64,000 nucleotides of DNA from a bacterium (GCA_050951765.1 JBMNJR010000009.1:8547-72546); one strand, 5' to 3'; shown: positions 21,002 through 30,810, numbered from the stretch's first letter. Notes: a model not told the origin generated them from the letters alone. Program-made: numbers and translations.

Positions 21002-22159
21002 ATGATAAGGGAAGTATATTTGGATAATAGTGCCACTACTCCGGTCAGGGAAGAAGTGGCTGAGGCAATAATGGATGTTTTAACCAACCGGTATGGAAAT
21101 CCTTCCTCACTTCATCGCATGGGAATTGTGGCCGAGAAACTGGTTAAGGAGTCGCGGCAGATTTTGGCTCAAGCTTTAGGGGTAAAGGATGATGAAATTT
21201 TTTTTACCTCCGGCGGCACAGAATCCAACAATTTGGCCATTAAGGGTGCGGCCAGAGCCAATTGCCGCTGGGGAAGGCACTTGCTGACAACGGCTGTTGA
21301 GCACCCATCGGTGCTAAATGCCTGTGCCCAGTTGGAGGAGGAAGGTTTCAGGGTTACATACCTGCAAGTAAATGCCGAGGGTGTTATTGCTCCGGAAGAA
21401 CTTGAAGCTGCGCTTACCCCGGAAACTATTTTGGTGAGCACCATGTTTGTCAATAATGAGGTTGGCTCTATTCAGCCCTTGACTGAGATTGGCGCTATCC
21501 TCAAAAAAAGAGAAAATATTGTTTGGCATGTTGATGCTGTCCAGGGTTTCGCCAAATTGCCTATACGGCCCAAACAGTTGGGGATCAAGCTATTGTCTAT
21601 AAGCGGGCATAAATTCCATGGACCCAAAGGGGTCGGGGCATTGTATGTGGCGAAAAACACCCGGTTAGCGCCACTGTTTGGCGGTGGCGGTCAAGAGTTG
21701 GGACTTCGTTCCGGCACAGAAAATGTCCCCGGGATTGTCGGTTTAGGTAAGGCGGCGGCATTGGCATTAGACGAGCGGGATAAAGCGGCGGCCAGGATGG
21801 GTGCGCTGAAAGAGTTGCTGCGGGAGGAGATATTGACCCGGATTCCCGGAACAAGGCTTAATGGCCCGCAAACAGGAGGGGCACCCCATATCTTAAACAT
21901 TTCATTTGCCGGGGTGAAAGGAGAGGTATTGGTCCATGCTTTGGAAGAGGCAGGTATTTACGTATCAACCGGTTCTGCCTGCTCTTCACGGCAGGCTAAA
22001 ACCAATCATGTGCTGGAAGCTCTAGGATTAGATCCGGAATATCGAGAGGGGGCGCTCCGCTTTAGCCTCTCGCCTTTGAATACGCAGGAAGAAATGGAAT
22101 ATACAGTGGCTAAGTTGGCAGAAATTGTACCAGAATTACGCCTTTTTCAACGGAGGTAA
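21002..22159 (+). CDS. Cysteine desulfurase (IscS/NifZ-like)
   Basis: YLDNSATT, TSGGTESNN, SGHKFHGPKG, STGSACSS. Confidence 0.93.
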   Translation: MIREVYLDNSATTPVREEVAEAIMDVLTNRYGNPSSLHRMGIVAEKLVKESRQILAQALGVKDDEIFFTSGGTESNNLAIKGAARANCRWGRHLLTTAVEHPSVLNACAQLEEEGFRVTYLQVNAEGVIAPEELEAALTPETILVSTMFVNNEVGSIQPLTEIGAILKKRENIVWHVDAVQGFAKLPIRPKQLGIKLLSISGHKFHGPKGVGALYVAKNTRLAPLFGGGGQELGLRSGTENVPGIVGLGKAAALALDERDKAAARMGALKELLREEILTRIPGTRLNGPQTGGAPHILNISFAGVKGEVLVHALEEAGIYVSTGSACSSRQAKTNHVLEALGLDPEYREGALRFSLSPLNTQEEMEYTVAKLAEIVPELRLFQRR

Positions 22160-22164
22160 GGCCG

Positions 22165-23343
22165 GTGGGAACAGCACTGTTTTTAATTCGTTATGGGGAA
22201 ATTGGCCTCAAAGGGAAAAACCAAAAGTTTTTTTTGCATACACTTTTGACCAGGATGAAACAGGCATTGGCTCCCCTGGGGAAAGCCCGTTATTGGAAAA
22301 CCCAGGGGCGACTCTTTGTGGAAATGGAAACTGATCATGAGGCGGAAGAAGCATTAACAAGGCTGCAGCGGGTGTTCGGGATTGTTTCCGTTAGTCCGGT
22401 GCGGAGAGCACCCTTAGACTTAGAGTCAATTAAAGATGTAGCTTTGGCTGAGCTAAAGGCGGCCCAAGCAACGGAGGGCGGCTCTACTTTTAAGGTGGAG
22501 GCCAGGCGGGCTGATAAGTCTTTTCCCTTTAATTCCATGGAAATCAACCAATTGGTGGGCGCGCATCTGTTGGAGCATACCGCAGGGCTATCTGTGGATG
22601 TTATAGAGCCTGATTTGCGGGTAAGAGTCGAAATAAGGGAAGAGGCTTATATATATACCCGGATGATACCGGGCCCCGGCGGTTTGCCCTTGGGGACCAG
22701 CGGGCGGGCGGTTCTGCTTTTATCCGGCGGGATTGACAGTCCGGTGGCCGGTTGGATGACAATGAAGAGGGGAGTCAAAATCACTCCCGTATATTTTCAT
22801 AGCTTTCCCTTTACCGGTGATCGGGTAAAGGAAAAAGTGATCGACCTGTGTCAGGTTATGGCCGGTTATGGAGGAGATATGGACTTATACGTGGTTCACT
22901 TTACTGAGATTCAAAAGAGTTTGGCGCAAAACTGCCCCGAGGATTTAGGTACCATTTTAATGCGCCGGATGATGATGCGCCTGGCGGAGAGAATTGCCCA
23001 AAAAGTGGGCGCTAAGGCTTTGGTTACCGGTGAGAGTATCGGCCAGGTTGCCAGCCAAACCTTAGAGTCTTTAATGGTCACCAATGCGGTAGTTCAGTTG
23101 CCGGTGTTCAGGCCGTTGATCGGTTTGGACAAAGAAGAGATCATAAAACGATCGCAAGCCATTGGAACCTATGATATTTCTATTCGCCCTTATGAAGACT
23201 GTTGCACTGTCCTTGTTCCCAAACATCCGGTGACTAAGCCCCGGCTGGAGCAGGTAGAGAAAGCTGAGGAAGCATTGCCTCTGGAAGCGTTATTGCAGGA
23301 GGCATTGGAGCGGACGGAAGTAATTTCCTTGCAGGCGTACTGA
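22165..23343 (+). CDS. thiI: tRNA 4-thiouridine synthase
   Basis: YGEIGLKG, THUMP, LLSGGIDSPVA, GQVASQT, EDCC. Confidence 0.95.
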   Translation: MGTALFLIRYGEIGLKGKNQKFFLHTLLTRMKQALAPLGKARYWKTQGRLFVEMETDHEAEEALTRLQRVFGIVSVSPVRRAPLDLESIKDVALAELKAAQATEGGSTFKVEARRADKSFPFNSMEINQLVGAHLLEHTAGLSVDVIEPDLRVRVEIREEAYIYTRMIPGPGGLPLGTSGRAVLLLSGGIDSPVAGWMTMKRGVKITPVYFHSFPFTGDRVKEKVIDLCQVMAGYGGDMDLYVVHFTEIQKSLAQNCPEDLGTILMRRMMMRLAERIAQKVGAKALVTGESIGQVASQTLESLMVTNAVVQLPVFRPLIGLDKEEIIKRSQAIGTYDISIRPYEDCCTVLVPKHPVTKPRLEQVEKAEEALPLEALLQEALERTEVISLQAY

Positions 23344-23534
23344 CAATTATATTTTGTATTAGACCAGCTAATTAAAGTCAAGGGTTTTTGAAGAAAAAGA
23401 TTTATAAAAGTTGAGAAATCTCTAGCACAAAAAAGGGTATCACAACAAGACCACCTAAGCGAGGTAGACATAATATAGCCGGTCTAAAACAGCAATTTGT
23501 TCTTTGAAAACTAAACATCAAGCAACAAGTATTA

Positions 23535-24824
23535 CTATGCCGCTTTACGCTTTGCTGCAAGCATCTGAGCGTGTTCCTGGGGGCTACGTAGCTCATATGG
23601 CTTTCTGTCTCTTAAAACGGCAAATATGATACAAACAAGCTTACGCATAACAGCACCCAAAGCCACTTTCTTAGGCCTGCTTTGGCACTTGCGCTTGTAA
23701 AACTCCATCAGTACAGGGTTACATGGTTTCTTATCCCGTTTGGTTCGGATATTGGCAAGCGCAACTGTAAAGAGTACTCTGCGCAGCAACTTCGGTCCCC
23801 TTTTGGACATTTTGTTGCGTGTACCGATAAACTCTCCGGATTGCATGACGGATGGGTCAACGCCGAAATAAGCGACCAGCTTGCCCGGTTTTGAGAAGGC
23901 AGAAAAGTCACCGGCCTCTGCAAGAATGGTAGCTGCCGTAAGAAGACCGATACCCGGGATGCTCTGTAAAAGCTCAAGTGTTAATGAGAGCATGGGAGTA
24001 TCCTTAGTCATATCTTCTGTGATTAGCTGACGTATGGCTTTAAGGATTTTTGCGAGGTTTTCGTCCAATGTTTTAATCATGGAAATATATATACCCATCA
24101 TTGCAATGTTCGAGGGGTTATTGATACTAAGGGACGCGAATTCCCTGGCTTTGGATACTAAAAGCTCATATTTGGCGGTTGACCATTCAAGGCTTTTGTG
24201 TGAATTATCCCGGATTAATGAAACCAGGTCGCCTTTATTAGCCTTAAGAATATGCTCGGGAGTAGGGTACTGCTCCAGGACGGCTATAGCAGCTTTTGAG
24301 AATGCATTGGGGAAGACATCCTTAAAGCTTAACATGACTTGGTCAATAATACCGGTAAGCCTGTTTTTGTATACGGTAAGCTCATCGCTTAGTTTGTAGT
24401 ACTGGCGGCATAAGCTTCTTAAGCACTCAATGTCCTCATTGGGAATATTGGTGGACTTAAGTTCCTGAAATCTGCAGAGCAGTGCAATCTTACGGGCATC
24501 CACTTTATCATTTTTCACTTTCCTGATTCCGATATTTTTGATAGAATCAGTTTGGATGGGGTTTGTAACAGAAACCTCAAATCCAGCTTTACAAAGTGAA
24601 TGGAAAAGGATTTTGTGATAGTGCCCGGTAGATTCCATGACTACGAAAGGCCTTGAAGCAAAATCTTTTTCCATTTTTCGAAGCAGCTCAATGGCCCTTT
24701 TCACGTCAGTGTTGGAATCATGGTGGATTTTCAGGCGGGCAACCACTTCATTGGATGGAGAAAGAATAACCATCTCACTGAAGAACTTACCCACATCAAT
24801 TCCTGCAATAGGTCTTAAATTCAT
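23535..24824 (-). CDS. IS110 DEDD transposase/recombinase
   Basis: GIDVGK, MESTGHY, KNDKVDA, IPGIG, QSG, SKRG. Confidence 0.95.
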   Translation of the reverse strand: MNLRPIAGIDVGKFFSEMVILSPSNEVVARLKIHHDSNTDVKRAIELLRKMEKDFASRPFVVMESTGHYHKILFHSLCKAGFEVSVTNPIQTDSIKNIGIRKVKNDKVDARKIALLCRFQELKSTNIPNEDIECLRSLCRQYYKLSDELTVYKNRLTGIIDQVMLSFKDVFPNAFSKAAIAVLEQYPTPEHILKANKGDLVSLIRDNSHKSLEWSTAKYELLVSKAREFASLSINNPSNIAMMGIYISMIKTLDENLAKILKAIRQLITEDMTKDTPMLSLTLELLQSIPGIGLLTAATILAEAGDFSAFSKPGKLVAYFGVDPSVMQSGEFIGTRNKMSKRGPKLLRRVLFTVALANIRTKRDKKPCNPVLMEFYKRKCQSRPKKVALGAVMRKLVCIIFAVLRDRKPYELRSPQEHAQMLAAKRKAA

Positions 24825-24834
24825 CTAAAAGCCT

Positions 24835-25240
24835 CCTTCACAAGATTAATGGACTTAAAAGTCACCATTCCTTTCCGAGTAAGCAAACAACCTTGCATGT
24901 GACACGAGGAACCAGCTAAAGAGCCGGCCTCAACCAGCCAAATCATGTAGACTTACCGGAATGGATAAATACTCTAACTCACGGGTAATCGGCCCGCTAA
25001 GGTCCGTCCCAGGAGGTGTTACACATACCTTCCAAGTCCGAAGAGTATTATACATGACTTTAAAGGTTCAGGCCAGCCAAATGCTGGCAGGCGGCTAAAG
25101 ATATGAAACCGCAAACGACAGAAATTTGAGGCCGCTGCCCTCCCCTAGGAGAGGACACATAGAAGTGCTTGATGTTTAGAAGGGTAATAGATAGAACGTT
25201 ATGTTAACAGAGCTAAACAGTGGCAAAAACCACTGATAAA
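24835..25240 (-). ncRNA. Candidate IS110 bridge RNA in the non-coding end
   Basis: Long non-coding end downstream of the junction promoter; 9-nt match to donor end; stems such as AATACTCT/AGAGTATT. Confidence 0.5.
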
Positions 25241-25273
25241 ACAACTATACTAATTGTACAAGGAGGTGCATAT

Positions 25274-26941
25274 GTGAGTGGGAAGACCCTTTCTTTGATT
25301 CCCTTAGGCGGGATCAGAGAGATTGGCAAGAATATTTCGGTAGTGGAGTATGGGGAAGATATTTTGGTAATTGATGCAGGGATTGCCTTCCCCGATGAAA
25401 ACCAGTTGGGAATTGATCTGGTGATTCCCGATATTACTTATTTAGAAGAGAATAAAGAGCGGGTGCGGGGTATTGTTTTAACCCATGGGCACGAGGATCA
25501 TATTGGAGCCCTACCTTATGTTTTACCTGTGCTCGATGTCCCGGTGTACGGCACCAAATTGACCATTGGCCTGGTAAAACGGAAACTGGAGGAACACCGG
25601 TTATTGAAAAAGGCGAAGTTAAATGTTGTTCAACCGGGGCAGCGATCGTCGATTAAATTGGGCCCGTTTCAGGTGGAATGGATACGGATCAATCACAGTA
25701 TTCCCGATGGGTGTGCGCTGGCCATTCATACCCCCACAGGGATAATATTGCATACGGGAGATTTTAAGATTGATCCTACCCCTATTGACGGACGTTTAAC
25801 CGACTTGCCGCGGTTGGGGCAGTTGGGGCAGGAGGGCGTTTTGGTAATGATCTGTGATGCAACCAATGCCGAGCGCCCCGGTTATACTCCGTCGGAAAAG
25901 GTGGTGGGTGAAACTCTAGATGCAGTTTTTGCATCCACAAAGGGCAGGCTTCTGATTGCCACTTTTGCTTCCAATATTCATCGCCTCCAACAGGTAATTA
26001 GCACTGCCGCCCGTTATGGCCGGCGGGTGGGAATTGTGGGGCGCAGTATGCGCAATAATGTGGCTGTGGCAGAGGAACTGAACTATTTGGACGTGCCGAA
26101 GGGTATTTTAATTGAGTTGGATGAAGCAAACCAGTTGCCGGATGATCAGGTGGTGCTGATTACTACGGGAAGTCAGGGCGAACCGATGGCTGCCTTAACC
26201 TTGATGGCCAACCAGGAGCACCGCCAGGTACAGATTAAACCCGGCGATACGGTGTTATTTTCAGCTACAGCCATTCCCGGCAATGAGCGGTTGGTAAGCC
26301 GTACCATAGATAATCTTTTCCGTTTGGGAGCCAATGTAATCTATGGGAAGACAAGCCAGGTCCATGTGTCCGGCCACGCAAGCCAAGATGAATTGAAGCT
26401 GATGTTAAACCTGGTTAAGCCCGCCTTTTTAATCCCTTTCCATGGTGAATATCGGCACTTAACTGCATTTAAACAGGTGGCACAAGAGGTGGGCATTAGT
26501 AGTGAACGGGTGATTATGCCGGAATTGGGAGAACGTTTGGAAGTTGGTCCGCAGGAAATTATTCGGCGGAAAAAGGTTCCGGCTGGGCCGGTACTTATTG
26601 ACGGCTTGGGAATTGGCGATGTGGGGAATATTGTCTTACGTGATCGGCAGGCCCTGGCAGAAAACGGGATTTTGTTGGCTGTGGTGGTGATGGAAAAAGA
26701 GACAGGCAAATTTATTGCCGGCCCTGATTTGATTACCCGCGGGTTTATTTATGTGCGGGAATCAGAGGAGATGTTAGAAGCAGCCAGACAACAGGTAGTG
26801 CAAGAACTGGCTGCCATTGAAAAAAAAGGGATCACCGATTGGTCGCAGATAAAAACCAGGTTGAGACAGGTCCTAAGTGAGTATTTTTATACTGAAATAG
26901 CAAGACAACCGATTATTTTGCCGATAATTATTGAAGTTTAG
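25274..26941 (+). CDS. rnj: Ribonuclease J
   Basis: GGIREIGKN, THGHEDHIG, HVSGHAS; GTG start after AGGAGG. Confidence 0.95.
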   Translation: MSGKTLSLIPLGGIREIGKNISVVEYGEDILVIDAGIAFPDENQLGIDLVIPDITYLEENKERVRGIVLTHGHEDHIGALPYVLPVLDVPVYGTKLTIGLVKRKLEEHRLLKKAKLNVVQPGQRSSIKLGPFQVEWIRINHSIPDGCALAIHTPTGIILHTGDFKIDPTPIDGRLTDLPRLGQLGQEGVLVMICDATNAERPGYTPSEKVVGETLDAVFASTKGRLLIATFASNIHRLQQVISTAARYGRRVGIVGRSMRNNVAVAEELNYLDVPKGILIELDEANQLPDDQVVLITTGSQGEPMAALTLMANQEHRQVQIKPGDTVLFSATAIPGNERLVSRTIDNLFRLGANVIYGKTSQVHVSGHASQDELKLMLNLVKPAFLIPFHGEYRHLTAFKQVAQEVGISSERVIMPELGERLEVGPQEIIRRKKVPAGPVLIDGLGIGDVGNIVLRDRQALAENGILLAVVVMEKETGKFIAGPDLITRGFIYVRESEEMLEAARQQVVQELAAIEKKGITDWSQIKTRLRQVLSEYFYTEIARQPIILPIIIEV

Positions 26942-26989
26942 AGGCAGAATGGTAACAAGGGCTATTTTCATTTCCGGGAGGTGATACCC

Positions 26990-27184
26990 TTGTTTACCTC
27001 TGCCAGATTTGGGCGGCAAAGGGCATTTCTGCAGGGTCGCAATGTCAGCCGTTTAACCAGCCTTTCCGCCTATGCGACTAAAACCCATCCGCGTTTACGG
27101 GTGGATACAATTGCCGCGGAACCAACCTATCCCCATTTTTCTTTGAGTACCAGCGGTGATGATCTTATTTATCGGGAACCGTAA
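26990..27184 (+). CDS. Hypothetical small protein (64 aa)
   Basis: GGAGGTGA RBS before TTG; fills intergenic gap. Confidence 0.4.
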   Translation: MFTSARFGRQRAFLQGRNVSRLTSLSAYATKTHPRLRVDTIAAEPTYPHFSLSTSGDDLIYREP

Positions 27185-27212
27185 ACAGTAAACATAAGTA
27201 ACACTCTGTTGG

Positions 27213-28016
27213 CTACAGGGTGTTATTTTTTGTTAACAGGTATCTAGTCATAATATCCCAGCGTCGGTAAGGGTTATAACCGCGAAATTCCCGGTTGAGA
27301 TAGGTGCGGGATGGAGTTCTGCCGCGGTAAATACACATTGCCTCCAGGCAGTCGCCAATAATTGTTTCCGCAATTAAGTAAGCGTGTTGTTCATTTTTAA
27401 TGGCTGATCCCAGTTGAAAATGGGGAATTGTTGTGGCCAATTGAATTTCCAAGCAGGCCAGGTGAGCCAAAACCATTCCCAGGGGCGGGATAGCCAAAGC
27501 AGGTAGCGGTATCTCCTGCAAAAATTTTTGCGAAACAGCCATGGGACCGTGGGAGGGCGAGGCTACATCCAATTTTTTTTCTAGATCGCAGACACGGTTT
27601 AGTTTGCGCCGGAAACTGAGGACCAGTTGGGCAAGTTGGGATTGGCCGGTAAAAGAGGGATAGCAGTTAGTCAGGGCAAGGTCTCCTCCCGCTGCGATGG
27701 TTTCGCACAAATCGGTTAATGCATCTTGTAGGTCTCCTACCAGATCTCCGTCCACAAACAGAGTAGTATCCGCCTTGAGGTTTTTGGCTATACTTGCGCC
27801 AATTACCCGGGGGATATCAATACCCAGACTCTCAGTGAAATGTATTATCTTTATTTCCGGCCAGCCCAGGGCTTCTGTTTCTGTTAAGGTATTGTCACTG
27901 GAACCATTGATTACCGGGATAATCAGATCTGCGCCGATTGTTTTCAGTTGTTTTAGCACTGTGGTAATTCTTCCTGCTTCATTTTGGGCGGGTACCACCG
28001 CTGCCCACATGATCAA
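27213..28016 (-). CDS. Glycosyltransferase family 2-like protein (probably spore-associated)
   Basis: VVPAQNEA, NGSSD, FVDGD; divergent from yabG. Confidence 0.75.
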   Translation of the reverse strand: MIMWAAVVPAQNEAGRITTVLKQLKTIGADLIIPVINGSSDNTLTETEALGWPEIKIIHFTESLGIDIPRVIGASIAKNLKADTTLFVDGDLVGDLQDALTDLCETIAAGGDLALTNCYPSFTGQSQLAQLVLSFRRKLNRVCDLEKKLDVASPSHGPMAVSQKFLQEIPLPALAIPPLGMVLAHLACLEIQLATTIPHFQLGSAIKNEQHAYLIAETIIGDCLEAMCIYRGRTPSRTYLNREFRGYNPYRRWDIMTRYLLTKNNTL

Positions 28017-28045
28017 AACCCCCTCTTTCGGTTAGCATCTGTTTT

Positions 28046-28114
28046 AGCATATGTACCAGGCGGAGGGAAGTTGCTGTCCACGGCGTTCACCATAATCCCG
28101 GCGGGGCATAAAAT
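28046..28114. promoter_or_regulatory. Back-to-back sigK-like promoters
   Basis: AC-N16-CATAAAAT (+, 28089-28114) and AC-N16-CATATGCT (-, 28071-28046). Confidence 0.6.
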
Positions 28115-28148
28115 AAGGTAACTAATTGTTGAAAACCGCGGCCAGGAC

Positions 28149-28197
28149 AAGGGGACCTTCTCCCGTCCCGCTTTCCTGGGACAGGGGAAGCTCTCTT
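28149..28197. repeat. Degenerate REP-like palindrome
   Basis: AAGGGGACCTTCTCCCGTCCC..GGGACAGGGGAAGCTCTCTT resembles copies at 56832 and 57547. Confidence 0.55.
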
Positions 28198-28236
28198 TTT
28201 TGTTCTTGCCTGGCTCCTGGAAAGGATGGGGTTTGG

Positions 28237-29109
28237 GTGCAGAAAATCAGCGTAGGTGATATAGTTGGGAGAAAATCTTACCAAATGGATATATATTTTA
28301 AGGTAATGGCAGTTTACAGGGATGAAAAGCATGAGATTGCTCTCTTAAAAGGGTTGGATGTCCGGCTGCTGGCTGATGCTCCCCTTGATGATTTAATCCA
28401 GATTTCCGGGGATGCCCTGCGGGCATTTCGCCAAGCAGTGGTGCGGAAAAATCAAGACTGTTTGGGGGGTGTGTGTGAACGTAGGGATAAAGAAAGGATG
28501 GCATTATTAAGGAGCTCCAATCCCAATGGGAAGGTGGAGATGCCTTTTTTTGAGATACCGGGGCGGGTGCTGCACATAGATGGAGATAAGGATTATCTGG
28601 AAGTTTGTCTCAGTGCTTACAAACAGCTGGAGATAAAAGCTGAGGGATTTTACATTGCAGAGGAAGAGCAGCCTCTACATGTTGCTAAACTTTTGGATAC
28701 TTATAAACCTGACATTTTGGTATTGACAGGGCATGACGGGCTGTTAAAGGGGCGCAGGAACTTTCAGGATTTAGACAGTTATCGTACTTCTTCCGCCTTT
28801 GTCAAAGCAGTACAGATTGCCCGGCACTATGAACCAGGATTGGATGATTTAATCATTATTGCCGGGGCCTGTCAGTCTCATTATGAGGCATTATTAGCTG
28901 CCGGGGCTAATTTTGCCAGCTCGCCCCAAAGGATCTTAATTCATTGTTTAGATCCGGTGCTGGTTTCAGAAAAGGTGGCTTTTACACCCTTTGGCCAAAC
29001 TGTGTCGATCAAAGATGTATTAATAAGCACCATTACCGGTATGGACGGAATTGGGGGCGTGGAAACCCGGGGTAAGTTTCGGTTGGGTTTTCCTAAGTCA
29101 CCCTATTAG
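28237..29109 (+). CDS. yabG: Sporulation peptidase YabG
   Basis: GDIVGRKSY..D, RLLADAP, LHIDGD, TGHDG, AGACQS, AGANFASSP. Confidence 0.93.
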   Translation: MQKISVGDIVGRKSYQMDIYFKVMAVYRDEKHEIALLKGLDVRLLADAPLDDLIQISGDALRAFRQAVVRKNQDCLGGVCERRDKERMALLRSSNPNGKVEMPFFEIPGRVLHIDGDKDYLEVCLSAYKQLEIKAEGFYIAEEEQPLHVAKLLDTYKPDILVLTGHDGLLKGRRNFQDLDSYRTSSAFVKAVQIARHYEPGLDDLIIIAGACQSHYEALLAAGANFASSPQRILIHCLDPVLVSEKVAFTPFGQTVSIKDVLISTITGMDGIGGVETRGKFRLGFPKSPY

Positions 29110-29209
29110 CCTATTGAGTTATAAATCTTTGTTAATTTTGCCGGAGCAGTAAAGGGGTTGGATGCGGTGTAAAAGGCGAAAAACCTCTAGATAGGGGGGA
29201 ATATTTTAC

Positions 29210-29278
29210 TTGACAGCCGCGGCATCAATGTGTATAATATAATATTTTGTTGACAATATGCAGGGGATGTGCTATACT
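29210..29278 (+). promoter_or_regulatory. Tandem sigA promoters of veg
   Basis: TTGACA-N17-TATAAT (29210-29238) and TTGACA-N17-TATACT (29250-29278). Confidence 0.85.
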
Positions 29279-29324
29279 ATTAACATAAATTGGTGCAGAA
29301 TTAGGGAGGAAAGAAGGTGAGTCG

Positions 29325-29597
29325 ATGCCAAATAATTCATTACAGGCTATTAAAGCTAATCTGGAGAAATATTTAGGATATCATATTCGTCTCAAGGCTA
29401 ATCGTGGGCGGCAGAAAACGGTAGTTCGTGAAGGAGTTTTGGAAAAGACTTACCCTCATATTTTTGTGGTTAAGTTAGATGAGAACAAGTACCCGGTAAA
29501 ACGCGTTTCTTATTCATATGCCGATGTATTGACAAAAACAGTGCAGCTAACAATTTATCCTCCTGCAGGTGGAGATATTAGTATAGCGTATAAGTAA
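29325..29597 (+). CDS. veg: Veg family protein
   Basis: KANRGR, GVLEKTYPHIFVV, VSYSYADVLT; follows yabG. Confidence 0.93.
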   Translation: MPNNSLQAIKANLEKYLGYHIRLKANRGRQKTVVREGVLEKTYPHIFVVKLDENKYPVKRVSYSYADVLTKTVQLTIYPPAGGDISIAYK

Positions 29598-29602
29598 ATT
29601 AT

Positions 29603-29631
29603 CCCTTGGACATAGGTCCGAGGGTTTTTTC
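29603..29631 (+). terminator. Intrinsic terminator after veg
   Basis: CCCTTGGAC-ATAG-GTCCGAGGG-TTTTT. Confidence 0.8.
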
Positions 29632-29742
29632 TTTGTGCCACTTTTAACACCTCTGGCAGGGGTGGCGAATAGGATGTAAGTATAAAGTTTAAGCGTTGTT
29701 CATTGCCGCCCTGCTAAAGGGGGATGTATTACCAGAGGGAGG

Positions 29743-30810
29743 GTGTGGATTTTGAAAGGGCTGATCATAACTAGGGAAGAAAGTGATGCATTACGTTCAC
29801 TAGCACAGAACCAAATTATTTCCCTCTTGCCTGTGGCTAATCGCAGTATCCTGGAATATCAGGTGGATTTATTTGCCCGTTGTGGGATTAAGGATATTTT
29901 TATTATTGTCACAAGGGGTGTGGAAGAAGATATTGAAAATCGTTTAACCATGCGCCAGGATATCAACTACCAGGTGATTCAGGGGAAAAAGTTGGAAGCA
30001 AACAAGGAATTAAACCAGGTATTCACTGCTAATCCGGTGGTAGCCCTATTAGGCCCTCTGCTTACCGACATTGATTTAGTTCGGGTAATTGGCTTTCATC
30101 GGGGGCGTGGCAGCAGTGCTACTCTAATTTTGCGTTCTGTCTGGCAACAACCCCATCGCAATTTGGTTATTACCGACAATCAAGGGCGAGTAACCGGTGT
30201 CCTACCACAGGTTGTGGCAGGAGGGCAAATAGCCTGTACCATAGGCAGTTTATATATTTTAGAGCCGCCATTTTCCCGCTCTGCCATTGACATGTTGCTG
30301 GCTGGCAAGGAGGAGGATATTTGTCCGCACCTGTTGGCCACCGGTTTTCCAGTTTATGGGTTTTTCAGTGAAGAGTATTGGCTGCAAGTTAAAGATCCAG
30401 CTACTTACTTGCAGGCTAATCGAGATTTTCTTTTTGGGCTGTTAAGAATAAAGCCCTCGGGTAAACAGGTGGCTCCCGGTATTTGGCTTGGTAAAGACAC
30501 TAAGATTGCCGGCAATGTCAAGTTGGAATCGCCGGTAATTATCGGCGACGGGGTGGAATTAAAAGAAGGAGTGCGGGTAGGGGAGTCGGTTTTAGGAGCT
30601 GAAACCTGTATTGATAAAGGCTCTGTAGTGATAGGTTCGGTATTGCAGGAAAGGTGCTATGTGGGGAAAGAAGTGCGGGCAAAGGGTATAATTTTAGGGG
30701 AATGTACTATTGTTGCCAATGGTGCGGTGCTTGACCCGGGAGTATTTCTCTCACCCCACAGCGTGATCAGTAGGGGGAGTCTGTTGGGTGGTCCCGGTCT
30801 GTCGCTGTAG
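29743..30810 (+). CDS. Sugar-phosphate nucleotidyltransferase-like protein with hexapeptide tail, degenerate active site
   Basis: LLPVANRSILEY, YW..V.....YLQAN, left-handed beta-helix repeats; lacks GGxGTRL. Confidence 0.75.
   Translation: MWILKGLIITREESDALRSLAQNQIISLLPVANRSILEYQVDLFARCGIKDIFIIVTRGVEEDIENRLTMRQDINYQVIQGKKLEANKELNQVFTANPVVALLGPLLTDIDLVRVIGFHRGRGSSATLILRSVWQQPHRNLVITDNQGRVTGVLPQVVAGGQIACTIGSLYILEPPFSRSAIDMLLAGKEEDICPHLLATGFPVYGFFSEEYWLQVKDPATYLQANRDFLFGLLRIKPSGKQVAPGIWLGKDTKIAGNVKLESPVIIGDGVELKEGVRVGESVLGAETCIDKGSVVIGSVLQERCYVGKEVRAKGIILGECTIVANGAVLDPGVFLSPHSVISRGSLLGGPGLSL

Larger units (their letters stand above)
23362..25250 (-). mobile_element. IS110-family insertion sequence bounded by TA cores (23360-61, 25251-52)
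   Basis: IS110 transposase, no TIR/TSD; ends inferred from a junction promoter with 17-bp spacing. Confidence 0.8.

Noticed and set aside
23366-23372. AATTAG (minus strand) as IS110 target duplication
   Set aside because: Shared by both ends, but joining there gives only 8 bp between -35 and -10; the TA core gives 17 bp
25220-25273. N-terminal extension of RNase J
   Set aside because: It lies partly within the IS110 end; the RBS supports GTG at 25274
28126-28236. N-terminal extension of YabG
   Set aside because: It is the translation of the 5' UTR palindrome; family similarity starts at 28237
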